Source: Blasia pusilla
Lineage: Eukaryota
NCBI GenBank assembly: GCA_050084515.1
Contig: CM114271.1
Location: 24,800,001-24,864,000 of the forward strand
Direction of reading: 5' to 3'
DNA length: 64,000 nt
The position numbers and the translations under genes were made by a program. Below the pieces are notes generated by a model. That model searched no databases, was not told the origin of the DNA, and saw nothing but the letters and a program-made list of their open reading frames with translations. Shown here piece by piece: positions 27,801 through 42,191 of the stretch (its first letter is position 1; every line of letters begins with the position of its first letter).

Positions 27801-30800
27801 GGTGGGCATGGCATACCTGTCAGACTTTGTTTGCCGATTGACAGGTCGGTAATTTCCACACATCTGCCTATTTATCCAGTTGGCATGCACATACTTCTTG
27901 GTGGGCATGACAGTGGCAGATGCATACTCTCCATGCAACATCTCCACTAGTCCTACTCCAACCAAGTCCTAGCTTTTTTTCAAAATTAGAGAAAAAGTGG
28001 CTTTTTCTCTGAATTAGAGCCCTCTCCATGTCACTGTACGTGTAGGGTCGTCGGAAGATCGACGTGTTGCTCCACAACTCAATGTGGATCCCTAGACCCT
28101 TCAGCGTACCCAAATCATACATACTTAATGCCAAAAACTCCTATAACTCCTAAGGAACTGACGTATCCGACGCCGCTCTCCTCCTATCAACTTAGGGCCC
28201 ATATCTGCCTCCCAAGTCTCCATCATAACTATGGTAGGACTCTCTGGCGCGGGTGTTGGTGGTTGCTATGGTACAACCCTATTTTAGACAGTAGAACTCG
28301 GATGGCTATAGGGAAGCAGCGAGTTCTGTAGGAACTCCGATCTCCTCCACGTGCAGTACCCTGAACCACACTCGATGTTGTGGCTATCATCTCCCTACGT
28401 ATGTGCAAAATATCGCAAGAAGTCCAAGGATGTCTCTCCCGATCATCCCTAGTGTGTTGATCTCCTTGGGTCTTGCCCCCAGCCATTGCCTCAAACGTCT
28501 CGGTAGGCATGGGGATCACTAACGCAACAACGGTGATCTCTCGCAACCTCAAACAACGTTGCTCATCTACTCCTAAGCTGACAATCCATGTCAAGCAGTT
28601 CAGGTCTATCGCTTGATCCAAGACATGACATCATGATGCATCTGATAGTGATGATACTGCCGTCATTCCCATGGTGAATCCCATCGCTCGCTCTCGCTCA
28701 TCGGTGTTGGGTTCCACCAACCACTGTACCTGGTCATCCCAAACCAAGCCAAATTCGGCCTCTTTGAATGCATAGGAAGCGGGAAAACTCAAAAATGTGG
28801 GAAAGGCTACCCGTGGCATGCCAATCCTGTTGACCATAGTCAACAAAGGTTGATCATCATGTCATTTTGCTTGTGATCGACAACGTGGATCCAAAATAGA
28901 ATCCACCAACAATTCAGACGGACACTCCACTCTTGCATACGCCCTCCGCAAAACCTCATGTGGCACCAAGTTGGTCCACCAAGACGCCGACGATGTGCTT
29001 GTGAATCCACACTCGCGGCATCCAATAACACTAATGGGCCAATCCATGCGTGGATATGATATGCTCTCATCACCAATCGAGACCTCGAATCGTCCAAAAT
29101 TGGCACATTCTCCAAAATGTATGTTGGAGAACGAGACTGATGCTCCTGCAAGTGTTGCAAGATCCGCATCATCTCCCAAAAAAAATTGGATCAAGAGTTA
29201 GCTAACCCGGTGCCTCGTCCAACACTCGAATGGTCCTAATACGGCCAACCAGCAATGACCAAATCTATGGTCCCTACCCACTCCAAGTCATGCACCCCTA
29301 GCAATGAAATGTCCCTTGGTAGGGAACTCTAGTATCCCTCGATGGCGGACGTAGACAACAAGTCGGGAAATCGGAGGCGTAACTTCACCACATGGGGAAG
29401 TAAAGCACGCCTTGCATCATCATCAATCTCAACGTACAGGTACCGCTGCACACGCACTCTTGTCTGCAAAACATCAGCTAATCCAATGTTGATCCCTCCA
29501 AAGAGATCCAACATGAAAATACCTTCCTCTAGGATGCGCCACACAATCGAGATGGTGTCTAAAGGGCTTATAGTAGCACTTCTAGCTACCTCGGGTTTCT
29601 CTGACCCATCATGCTTTGTTGCAAATGCTTCACTCCACGCCATCTGCACGTGCTCAACAGCTAAGCGTTGGAGCTCTTCAATTGAGCCCCACAGCGGCAC
29701 CTCTCCTCGACAAAATGATGTGGCTACTAGAACACTCCTCTCCCTAGAAGTGTCTGGCGCGGGGTGTCTTGTGCATGAACATGACCTTCAATCAAATCAA
29801 AAGGCCACATGATGGCGTTGCTAAATGTTGCTAAAGTCGCCATTTCTCTTGGCCGTCGCTTGATCACTCCACCCGTGAATTGAACGAGTAACAAACTAAG
29901 TTGCCCATCACCGAACTGCCATCTTGGTATGTAGGATGGTGACTCCTCCTAGTAATCTAGGGAAAACAGTGCTCCATCAACCAAGATGTCATAGGGTCAG
30001 ACTTGGCATCGGTCACTATCGCCTTGGCTTGCTCTATAGACTCATCTATAGGATGTCCTGGGAAAATCCTCACCATGACCTTCTGTCGGGTCATAAACTG
30101 TATGGTACTCGCTCCACCTAAGGATGTCTGTATCGTGAATGGATAACGCTTCACATCGGTCCTCGTCAGGCCCAACCCTACAAATGCCGCTTTCCCCAAC
30201 ATCAAGGGTTGCGCTCCTGAATCTTACAAGACAAGCTGCGGACAAAACAATCTACCTCATGGACTCACCAACTGGAAGGTCTCTCCCCGGTTATCCACCA
30301 ACACAACACCTAGAGCAACCATGGCATACTCTATTGCGGGTCTAGCAAGCATCTCGGCCATCCTAGCAGCCGCAATCTGCCATGAATCTGATGTGGACAG
30401 CCCGAGCGTAAGCTCCAAGGGCATGTCCATCACCTCCTTTGCAATCACCTCTAAACGTGATGCAGGAACACCATCTCCATGCTCAAATAGCATAGCGGCC
30501 AGTCAAAAAACCTCGGTAGGGATACCTCCCAACGTCATAACATCGATAGGAGAAAACAAAGGAGCCCGGTACACCATTGTGGCCGCCCCCAATAGCGTAC
30601 TAGACACATACTCCTCCCGAGCATCAACAATAGGAGTCTTTGCGCTCGCTTCTCCCATTGCCTTCCGTGCCTACACACCAACAACATCAACTCTCCGGGA
30701 ACTCTCATCAGGACCCATTGATGGGGTCCTCATCGCCTTGGACAACATGAAAGACTGAGGAAGCCTCATATGTTTTCCGCCTTCCTCTCTTTGTGGATCC

Positions 30801-33800
30801 AACTCTACGGCGGTTCCACATGTAACAACAGTGGTTGTCTCCAATTGGCCAGTCGCGCACATCTAGCTAAAATCCTCCATATCTCCGATTGCTCTATAAG
30901 AAGTCGATGCCACAGATCCGGCATCAGATAACCTCAATGCGATAGCAGAAATCTGCTGTTGTAGCTGCTGTATGTGAGCAGCTATCCCAGCCTCTTGCCC
31001 AACATCTCCCTCGACACGTCTAGGTGGTGGAACTCTACCTCCTCCACCGGCAACTCCACCATCCCCTCCGACAAATCCAGCTCCTCATCCCCCAACAGGA
31101 CCACCTAGTCCATGACCTCTAGGCCCACCCTTATCAACAACTCGCTCTGGTGCCCTCTCTAGCCCTCGGTCTGGACATAACTTGGGATGTAGGCTAAAAC
31201 ACTTGGGGCGTGTATGACCGTACCTCTGGTAGTAGTCACAGTGATAAACTCTTGGTGCAACACCATCTCCTCCTCCATGTTGAGGCACGCGCCCATGAAC
31301 CTGACGTGTGCAATCGTGGTGGTGATGGGCTCCACCACATGCCCAACAAATAATCACACACGGCTGCTGCTGAGTTGCATATGAAGGCGCAGGTCTATGT
31401 GGCACGGCCTCTTGGTATCCTCCTTGAGCTCATGGTGCCACATACCTATCTCAAAATCCAAGTTGCTGCACTGGTGGTGCAGGCAATCGTGATTGCTCTT
31501 GCCTAGAACCCATGGTGGCTACCCTCTCCTCCGCCATGTTCCGCTCAATGTTCTTGACGATCGTAAAAACATCTCTCAATGTAGGTGAGGTGTGCTTAGA
31601 AGCATCCCATCCCAAAATGAAGACGGACGGTGCAACTGCTCCAATGTGAGTTACCCCTCCTAAAACATCACAGGTGGAAGTGGAAGAGGAAGAAGCCTCT
31701 CTTGACTCCTCCTCCTCATCTGCAAACAGCTCAGTCCATGACACATAGTGTGGGTCATAGTAGAGTCTCTATACCTCAATCTCTTGGGCATGTCTGTGGG
31801 AGAACTCATGGTAATCGTCCATGGGCGCCCCCTCTAAATGCTGCAGCATACCGTTCCATGTTGTGAACGAGTTGAACTCTCTAGAGTTCCTAGCCCGTTG
31901 TGAGTCGCACCAACTCCTAAACTCTGTAATGAAGTCGTATAGCTCTATGGTATCTATAGCACCCGAAAATCTACGCGGTCCTCTACCCCAATCGTCCAAC
32001 TTGTACGCCCAACTAGTAGGACCACTCAATGTGTGCGGTAAATCATTAACACACTCCTCTACACTCTCCCCCTTGTGTAAAGACGACACAGAAGGAGGTC
32101 GAGGCGGTCCATCACATGGAGACCTTCGAAACCTCGTGCCACTCCGCATAAATCCTCTGGAGCTACTCTCAGGTCCACCACATGGCCTCTCAAAGTCCCA
32201 AAAGGACGCCGTGATGACCCTTGTGCTATGCTCACGCGATCACTCTTCATCTCATGAGTAATCCCTCAATCACTCAATCCAACATGCAGCACTCAATCTA
32301 CACTCTCTCTCACTGAGACGTGTACTGTGCGACAACAAGCGGCGTGGTGCAGCAAATCGGTTGATCTCTTGTCTCATGAACAACATATATCCTCAATTCT
32401 GGACATCCCGCATAGGTCTAAATCCATACATCAATGATGCTCTCAACATCTGGACGAAACCCAATATCCCAAAAATTGCCCAATACCCGGAATTCCCTCA
32501 CATGTGCAAGGCAAAGGATCAAAATGGGTAACGTAAACAATGTCGATGTTGCTCCTCAGCAATTGCAAATCTTGATCTCAAGTTTCCCAACTTGGTCGTG
32601 AAGAAAAACTCCTCCAAGTAGCACGTCGTACTCCCCTCGTACTGATGATGCTCAAATCTCCTCGATGTGCGGTGCGGGTCCAACGGTACGGTGCGGCACT
32701 GGAAGCACAGAACGATTACACACGGCACGTCACTCAAGAATGGATGTGGAATTCAGCGGAAAATCCTCCTCAACAACAAAATAAAATCTGCTCCCTAGTG
32801 ATGGTGCGACTCCGTAATCGAGACGGTGTGGTGCGGCCGCAAGCCGCACGGCACGGCAATCGGCGGCGAGTTGCGGCTACGGGCATCATGGCACGGTATT
32901 CGATCATCGTCGAGCGGCTACCAGTCACGACATAGCAAAGTAGAAAAAAATATATGACTCCATCAATCCAAAAAAGTTTCCTGTCATCGCTGAGCGACCA
33001 ATCCATACTCGGTTGGTGACGAATTGTTACAATATAATATCGGCATCGAGAAAAAAATTGCAAATCAACCGTCATATTTCTGACGGTGCAAGAATAGTAG
33101 AGGGCACCCGTTGACGTTGTCGGACGGACTCAAGTCGACGGACGGAATGGGATAAATGTCGATGGAAAGACATAGATCCGACTAGCTTGCGTCACGAGAG
33201 TTCGAGTCGAGGCTGAATCGGGAGCCAGAGGCCGAGCGACGGGCGTGGGAGACAGACGCCAAGAGTCACAAAGCCGCAAGTCCAGCACCTAGACCCCCCA
33301 CCAGGAAATCTTCTTCATTCGACCTTCCAAAAAAAATTGACGAGGACTTTCGTGAAACCCAACGTCTCTTCTCTAACAAATTTTTCAGCTGCGCTTCCGC
33401 TCTCATTACTCCCAACAAAAAATTCAATTCAAACGTGTAAAATCAGAAATCAGAGAGGTACATGGTGCTCCCAAGAGCACCGGCATGGGGAAATTTGTTT
33501 CCAAACTCAATTTCTAATAGAAATTGAACAGCCCTTCCACTTGACACTCTCCCACACGAAAAATCGAACAACAAAATAGAAAATGGAGTGGCTCTTGCTC
33601 CCGCAAACACTCCCATGAGCCGCTGAATAGAGAACGCAGTCTCCAACATGCACCAACATCAAGTGACCAACAAGCTCCTAAATTGAAGCTCTCTCACTCC
33701 ATCATTCTATCTTTGTAAGTCAATCGAATCTCTCACAAGGTCTCACACCAAGCTCTCCATGGTGTGCACTCTCTCTCTTTTCAAACCAAACCCGTTCTCC

Positions 33801-34223
33801 TAATGAGAGGTTTGGGTTACATACATAAGGCAAGGAAGACCATAGCTTTTCCGCCTCATGCCCAGAGGTTCAACAAAGAGAGAATGAGCTCTCAAGCTCT
33901 CTCTCTTGGAGGTATATCCCCTTCCCTCTCCCAAGCCCTTTCCACGCTGACCTATGCTCGCTGGTCACCTCCTTGGCTCTTGACCTATTGTAGCAGGTCA
34001 AGGACCGCTTACCAAAGTAGAAAGTCAACTAAACCAAAAATGGTAACTTACCCAAAATAGTAAGTTACTCAATATGGCTCCAAATGAGCCGAAACGAAGG
34101 GGAAACCTGCTCTCTCAAGTTATCCGGGGCCTCAAAAAATCATCCCCGACCTCCTTAGGCTGTCCTCTGTATCTCTGATGGTGCTCTACTAGGTCTCGCC
34201 AATCTATCCTAAAAGACGTGACA
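24847..34223 (-). mobile_element. DNMT-retroelement copy B, full length (about 9.4 kb), decayed, nested in opposite orientation inside copy A
   Basis: Head at 34223-33739, gag with CWACGGAH..C knuckle (about 32150-31100), protease (about 30230), methyltransferase (about 29515-28590), RT (about 28100-27200), RNase H, integrase (HAHEELGH..CMVC), PHD (about 25295-25170), tail ending GCGCACGACA. Confidence 0.92.
28590..29515 (-). pseudogene. DNMT3-like C5 cytosine methyltransferase domain of copy B
   Basis: MLDLFGGINIG, DLVIAGWPY (Cys>Tyr), YILENV, AHRRRL, ERERAMGF and DQAID motifs. Confidence 0.88.
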
Positions 34224-35904
34224 GAGATCGGATCCTACAACAAGCCAAACAGTTTTAGTGGGAGGGGACACATGTGTAGCGAGTTTGGGAGGATGGTAGA
34301 GTTCATGTAGTGCATCATTCTTCGTAGAGAGCTCGTTTGGTGCAGCATGCCCACAAGGAGTTGGGTCAATTTGGAGTGAAGCGGATGTACAACTTGCTCC
34401 AGATATAGTATTGATGGCGAGTCATGCAGACTGGCGTTCAATAGTTTGTTGCTAAGTGCATGGTGTATGATCGAGTTCGGGCATCATTCAATGCTCCAAA
34501 TCGGTAGTTGCATCAATTTATGATCATAGCTCTAGGTTATAGATGGAGTTAAGATTTTGCAAGATCTTTACCTTTGACGGAATGTCATAGTTGTTATGTG
34601 TTGGTGATGGTCGAGCACTTCTCGTAGTGGATAGAGTTGGTTGCATTGCTTGACAAAGAGAGTGAGGGAGTAGCGTATGCCTTCCTAGATTGAATGTTGA
34701 GTCATTATGGCGTACCAACTGAAGTGTTGACTGACCAGGGTACCGAGTTTCGAGAGGAGTTTCAGGCCTTGTGTGATGAGGTGCTAATTGACCATCACAC
34801 CAATTTGCGAGATCATCATGAGGTAGATGGACTAGTGGAGAGGATTGTGCAGATGGTGAAGAGAGTTTTACGTAAGTATGGCTTGCAGAGAGGTCAGCTA
34901 GGAGATTGGGACCTCCAATTGTGGTGGTTGGCGATGGGGTACAGATTCAACAAGTAGGCAGGCATGCATCCTTAGTGTCTTTCTCGCCGTTCTTGGTGCT
35001 TTATGGCCGAGAGTCGGATCTACCTACGGCCATTCATTGAGATGCTCGTAAGGTGTTAAACCTTGATGACCATGATGTATGGATGCGAGCATGTTCTTAG
35101 AGGGCTGAGTTGTTTCAGAGAGTGATGCCTATGGCGTTTGAGAACTTTTCAATTGCACAATATCGGGATATGTTGAGGTATGCGACTATTTGGGGAGGTG
35201 GTTATCGACCTACTATCCAGAGGTTTCATCAAGGAGACTATGTCTACTTCTACTTAACGACATCCACGACATTGGATACGACTACAAGGCGTATTATCTT
35301 GAGAGTGCGTGAGGTTTTTCCATCTGATGTTCTCTTATTGGAGGATCGAAATGGTATGGTTTGGAAGGACCATATGCATAATTGTGCGCCATGTCACCTT
35401 CCTAACATTGACGGTGTAGTTGATCTCAGCTTAGCAGTAGTTTTTGTAGGCTTGCGATGTATGTTATGTGGTTCCGCCCGTGGTGCAACCACTATGCTCG
35501 TATGTGATGGATGTTCAGAAGATGGCCTATAGCATATCTGACGCCACCTCTCACTATGGTTCCTCGGGGACAATGGATGTGCCCTAGATGTACATAAAGT
35601 AGATAGTTATAGATTCTGACTTGTATCTGTGACATGGATGACAAGAAGGCGACTAACAATGGGGCCACAAGAGCACTCGATCTTTTTTCTCTTAGCGTTC
35701 TAGAGATGTAGGTCATGGTTGGTAGGGATCGATGGCTATCTATAGTTAGAGGGACCTAATCACCAACTATGGGGTGATTGGAGATATTTTGGTACTTCTT
35801 GTCTCGATGTTTGGATTCCATGATATAGCATGGGATTGTGTGTGTTTGTGTATATGTTCGGTGAAAACGATGTGTGTTGTATAGCAATGTGTATGCGCAC
35901 GATA
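34224..35904 (+). mobile_element. DNMT-retroelement copy A, 3' part (integrase, PHD finger, tail)
   Basis: Resumes at RDRILQ..WEGTH, about 200 bp downstream of where the 5' part stops when compared with copy C. EVLTDQGTEF, CMLCGS..CDGC..H..CPRC; tail ends GCGCACGATA. Confidence 0.88.
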
Positions 35905-35906
35905 GT

Positions 35907-36631
<725 letters not shown>

Positions 36632-36689
36632 AATACCTCCAAGTATTACAAATTTTTAATCTCTTTTCATATGTCATTTGTAGTTTATC

Positions 36690-37260
36690 AGGAAATCGTG
36701 ATGGAGTGTGCTTAATCTATGTTGTGATGCTTATTATAGGGGATGAAGCACCTATAGCTCATCGTCATACATTTGAGGCATTAGACTGTACGTTACAAGA
36801 TATCATGGAAGTGGTTTCTGATAATCTACCACATATATCATTAAGTGACAAACTCATAATATTTGGTGGTGACTTTTGTCAAGTTTTTCCCATTGTTCGT
36901 CATGGGGACCGTCCACAAATCATCCAACCCATTATAAAGAGGTTTTCTTTATGGTCTTATATAGGTGATGAAATTGACGAAAAACAAGCAAGTTCAAAGG
37001 TTGGAAGGTTATTTGCGTGCCTAACAACAAGCTTTTGCTGATTGGTTATAAGACGTGGGAGAAGGTCATGTACCTTAACAACCTTATTTGGGAGAAGACT
37101 TTATACGATTATCATCTGAAATGGTTTGTTAATAAAATATGCGATTTTATTGATATTATTTAGCAAAATTCTCCCAACCGATGGGCCATCTCCACATTAT
37201 TTGTGTTTGAAGATTAGTACAACAATCATGCTCTTACAAAACATGAATGGCACTTTGTTC
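36690..37260 (+). pseudogene. Helitron PIF1-like helicase fragment
   Basis: LIIGDEAPIAHRHTFEALD..LQDIM, GGDFCQVFP, and later PH..CLKIST..MLLQNMN. Confidence 0.85.
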
Positions 37261-37455
37261 GTAGTTACCTGCATTTTCAACACTTCTTGATTTAATTTTT
37301 CTTCTCTATGCTAACTATCATCGACTACAAGAGAAAAAAAAATTCTTCTGAATCTTATCTTTTGATCTTTTGATCTTCCAATTAGCACCATTTGTTTGAA
37401 AAATTAATTCAAGAAGTGTTTTGTAAGAGCATGATTGTTGTACTAATCTTCAAAC
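37205..37455. repeat. Fold-back inverted repeat (39-bp perfect arms plus about 20-bp inner arms)
   Basis: 37205-37243 is the exact reverse complement of 37417-37455. 37281-37301 pairs imperfectly with 37398-37418. Confidence 0.9.
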
Positions 37456-38761
37456 TACGAACAAAGTGTAATATATAAAAAAAGAGAAAATAAGACGCAC
37501 TTTTGTATATATATCATTTTGTCCGGCAGTCATGCATGTTTGCGTATCGTTCCTCTCACATGGAGCGGGCGCCTTAGTAGTAATCCAATAAAAAAATTGT
37601 CTTCGTCCAAATGAATGAATCGAAACCGATCTCCACCGCTCTCTCCCTCTGACCATCTGTCATGTCAGAGAAAGCTTCCTACCATATCTACGCTCTCCGG
37701 AATCCCTGTTCGAATCCCCGATGAAAAATTTCCCCCCGAGTCCGGCAGTCCGACGGGCCCGACCGCACCGGTTGCGAGCAAAGCGCACGCCGATGATCCT
37801 AGAACAGTAACGCGCTACGTCCGACGACCGCGATATCGCCAAGACACGCGAAGACAAACTCGCGCTCACGAGTCTAGACTGACACGGAATCCCGTCTGCC
37901 CAAATGCAGAAGGATGTGCGATTCTGCACACTCGTGTTCGGGTGTTGACGCTGCTGCTGCTACTTTCACCCACCCCGACGAAAAAGTTCCTCAGTGTCTG
38001 CCCGTCTTTCTTCGAGTCACGCGAGACGCTCATAAGGTTCGCAGGCTTGCGAAGGTGCGATATGCGGAGGGGAGTTGCGACAAATCGCCACGGTTAAATT
38101 TAGCGAAGTAGCCGGAATGAGAGGAAGCACCACAGGCGAGCAAATCAACACGACCTTCGCTCGCTCACGAGTCCGGCCTTTCGGCGCACACTGCCACCAA
38201 AGCGCGGTGCCGAACCACCTACTACTCCTGCTCGATGTTTGACATTTGGTGACAGGAATTGATCTGAGCGACCCACCCACCCGCAGTACAGTGAATGAGC
38301 TATGGCGGCATGATAAATACGATTTGACTTTGGAGGATCTATGCGTTCGTGATTAATGAACGCCCACCGAACAACACCTACTTCCCGTCACACCGCACAT
38401 GGTCATGCAATTCGTTCCGTTCCTTATTGCCATCCGTATGGCTGTCCGCCAGGCTTCCTCTACTGCTACCAGAATCCAGATCCCCGGGGCCTCGCCGATC
38501 ATGACATCGACGGGAATCGGAAAGTAAGCTCTACGTGAGGACGTAGAGGTGACTTTCAATCTACGGCCGGGACGTTGGTGCATCTCGGCCGTCAAAGATT
38601 CGTCCATAATGAGATCTCAACCGTAAAGCGGCCGTGGGGAGTTCACGGAAGAGCGGTTTCGGAAGCGGTGTGCTGGCTGCTGCACTCCTCCATAAAAGCT
38701 TCCAGAGCTGTGGGTATTCGACTGCGACACCGACGGCGATGAACCTCTGGAGCCGTGACAC

Positions 38762-38890
38762 AGAGAGAGAGAGAGAGAGAGCTTCGACTGTGGAAGTGAT
38801 CGAGTCCGCAGCCCTTTCACGTCTCTGGAGCTCGGAAGCCTAGAATTTGAGCTTTGGCTGTTGGTGGTGTGGGCAATTGCAGTATATAGG
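38762..38890 (+). promoter_or_regulatory. (GA)n tract and TATA-like box upstream of the Ole e 1 gene
   Basis: AGAGAG run at 38762-38781; TATATA at 38883-38888, about 55 bp before the ATG at 38939. Confidence 0.45.
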
Positions 38891-38938
38891 GGATGGTAGT
38901 TGCGTAGCTGGGAGGGGGAGGAGCAAGGAAGTGGGAGA

Positions 38939-41556
38939 ATGGCGATGAACAATCTCAGACTCTGTGTTTTGGCAATTCTGTTAGTGGTGGGATGGTCGAA
39001 TGGAGTTGCTGGAATGGAATACGAGAAGGGATGGTCCGCATTGGTCAGCGGAAACGTATTTTGCGATCAATGTCTGAAGAACGAAGTGTTTCCCTTCGCG
39101 CTGCCGATGAGTGGTGGGTGCTTCTTCTCCTTTTAATCCATCCCGCGCACGAATGTGATGTCTCTTTCCGCTTCTGTACTGTCAGTCACTTCGCTCTCTC
39201 CCGATTCGAGAGGCTTCTGTTGTCAGCTGGAACGCCACTTGTCCCCCACAAGCTCACTCGAAGCTTTCATTGCGAGCATTTCTAGACATCTATAGCTCCT
39301 GTGTTCGGATAAGTCCAGAGAGTGCGCATCGAAATTCCTGCCTGTCAGTTGAGTGAGAATATCGAGATTTTTAGCTCCTTTGATCAGTCCAGAGAGTGTA
39401 CATCTAGAGATTGTGCATCGATATTTCTACCTCCTTTGATCAGTCCAGAGAGTGCAGATCTAGAGATTGTGCATCGACCTTTCTAACTCCTTTGATTAGT
39501 CCAGAGATTGCATGTCGATATTTCTACCTCCTTTGATTAGTCCAGAGAGTGCACATCTAGAGATTGTGCATCGACATTTCTAACTCCTTTGGGCAGTCCA
39601 GAGTTTGCACATGGTGATTTCTAGCCCTTTTGATTAGTCCAGAGAGTGCACATCTCCAGATTGTGCATCGATTTTACTACCTCTTTTAATTATCCCAAAG
39701 AGTGGCACATCTGGAGATTGTGCATCGACATCTCGAGCTCCTTTGATCAGTCCAGAGAGTGCACACCTCGAGTTTGTGCATGGATTTTTCAACCTCCTTT
39801 GATGTGTCCAGAGAGTGCACATCGAGGTTTCTAGCTATACTCATTAAGTTGTGGCCTGCGTTGAAGGTGCGAGTGACTAGGACGGATGAAGGAAGGGGAA
39901 GAAAGTACTCTCTGAGAGTGACTGCACTGTACCTTGCGAGAGAGAGATTGTACTCATTTAGTAGTGATTGTCAAAGCCTTCAGACCATAGTTCACTGTGA
40001 TTGGACGGTGCCGTTGAGATTTGGGACCCACTTTCGCATCCAGATTTCAAATACTTCTTATTTGTCTATTACTTATTTTTTTTTCCACATTCTTAATCCG
40101 GACTATATCAAATGACGCAAGAAAACTCATGCGTTCACCCATACCTCGTAGGCACCCGTTCGATTCCACGGAGTTCGATTCCACGGAGTGTGGAATGGAA
40201 CGGGTGATCTCTCACCAGTTTAATTCCTAGAGAGAGAATTTGAATTGTAAAGTTTTTGGATATTCTTTTCCGGAGAAGTAGTCATCAAACAGGCCCAACC
40301 AAAGATTGCGACTTGAGGAGAAGGTCGTATGGAAAAGACAGTGCAGAGACTAAGTGATGGATTTGCGACGACTCGCGCCTAATTTGGATATAGAGAGCAT
40401 GCACTGTTTCATCCTACATATTCATCGCTCGATGCCGGGATCGTCGGTATCCTGACACTGACCATTTCTCTCCTGGGCAGGTCTGACACGCTAGTGGCCT
40501 GCGCTGTTGCAGGTGCCAAAGTCACCATTCAATGCTACGGAGCGGATGGCAGCGCAGCGGCTTCTACGACTGTCTCCACTGACTTCTTGGGTGGATTCTT
40601 TGCCACATTCAAGGACGTTTCGAATTTAGATGGATGTAACGCCGTTATGACCAGCACAGACAGCGCTTGCGCCATGACCGACGGGGGCGCTCACGCACTT
40701 TCTTTCAAATCGAAGTTCTTCTTCAACTCGTTTTACACCACCGGGCCGATGTTTTTCAAGCCCGCTCAGCCCAAGTCCTTCTGCCCCGGCTCTCCCACGC
40801 CCAAACCGCCTCCGTTCAACTTCCCCCCGCTGCCTCCTTCCCCCTGGGAGCAACCTTCTACCTGCACGCCCGAGTGAGTGCCTCTTACACATCCATCTTC
40901 CTAAATGCCTTCTCTTTGTCGGTCATGACAAGTCCTAAAAAGTCGCTCCACTCGGATCTTTGGTGCAGTGATTCTGATTTTACTCGTCTTCAAATAATCG
41001 TGAGAGTCGTCGCAGATTGTTTGAATTTTTTGAGTAGATCCAGCTAATTTGATGACCCTACTAAGTGCCACTTCTCAATGCCAGCAATCCGGAAACGAAG
41101 ACAGTTGAAACTAAGCTTGCGAATGGTTGAGTTGTGCTAATGAAAGAGCTGTGGAACTTTCCTGATCTTCACACAGCTAAGAGCGGTCTTCTGTGGAATG
41201 CCTGCAGGCAATGGATGAATTCGGAGTTTTTCTGTCATTGGAAGAATGCCACACCGTTCCAGACCACTGTGGGAATGATGTTCGGAAAGGACGCGAGAAA
41301 ACGATATGGAGATAAGAACCTGTACGATGCTATGAAAGATCAAAGTGGGCAAGATGATTTGCTCAAGCAAGCTATTGGTGCAATGATGAACGCGTACAGC
41401 AACCCAATGTTTGGCATGACTCCGAGAGCTGTTAGGTACGAATTCAATATGGCTCTTAAAGGATCGCAGCAGCTGAAATGGGACGAAGCTTGGAAATTCA
41501 AGCAAGCTAATCTTGGCTGGGGTAATGGAAAGTGCATGCTCACCCCGTGCAAGTAA
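38939..41556 (+). CDS. Secreted Pollen Ole e 1 / proline-rich protein with a PDF1-like C-terminal domain; exons 38939-39113, 40513-40873, 41208-41556
   Basis: Signal-peptide-like N-terminus, VSGNVFCDQC..PMSGAKVTIQC (Ole e 1), Pro-rich linker, C-terminal LLKQAIGAMMNAY..FKQAN. The GT-AG introns are phase-compatible. Confidence 0.88.
39285..39832 (+). repeat. Intronic minisatellite, about 58-bp unit with shorter variants, roughly 10 copies
   Basis: Recurrent CTCCTTTGATCAGTCCAGAGAGTGCACATCTAGAGATTGTGCATCGA. Confidence 0.9.
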
Positions 41557-42191
41557 CTATTTTGATTACATACTAGAGATCGTAGAATGTAATTATGGCA
41601 GCATAAATATTTTCTGCTAAACCTGTTATATTGCAATAACTAAATTATAACAGTTTACATATTCTTTGTGAAAATTGAAACTCTGCGTCATACAAGTTAG
41701 AAGATTGGAGTGAAGGGTAACCATTGTTGCCCATGTCTAGCAAACATACTGTTAAAGAAATGAAATATTAAAAAATTGTTTGGGAATATATTCACTGTTT
41801 CCAAATTTAAGAGGGGAAAAAATCTCCACCGTTTTGATATGATATGATTATATGTGCCCCAATCCGTAATCCTGGGGGACAAAATAATAACCGAGATAGT
41901 CAGATGGGAAAACAAATCATGTTTCTACCTCTAAAACTGAAACTGCACTTCACTATACAACCAATAATTCTCACGAGCATTTTTCTTCAAAAAACCTGCT
42001 GTTGAAATTTTGCCTGCAATAACCTCTGAACTCATAGTGAAAACACTACATCAATATACACAGATAATTCATAAGACTTTACAAATTCATTTCCAAGTGG
42101 TATAGACAGTGCAGATACTGCAGAAATTCTCGTTACTATAATGGGTCCCAGACACTTGAGCATGTTGCCCTCTTCCAGTATCCGAAATCTC

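Noticed and set aside
24359-34223. Copy B as a plain two-LTR element
   Set aside because: Not excluded, but not adopted: there is no PPT, no shared CA end for the two repeats, no TSD, and copy C ends at the tail with a TSD.
37560-38760. GC-rich ORFs upstream of the Ole e 1 gene
   Set aside because: Overlapping frames on both strands with no motifs; more likely CG-rich promoter DNA.
39285-39832. CRISPR-like array
   Set aside because: The units are contiguous tandem repeats without unique spacers, lie in a eukaryotic intron, and have no cas genes nearby.
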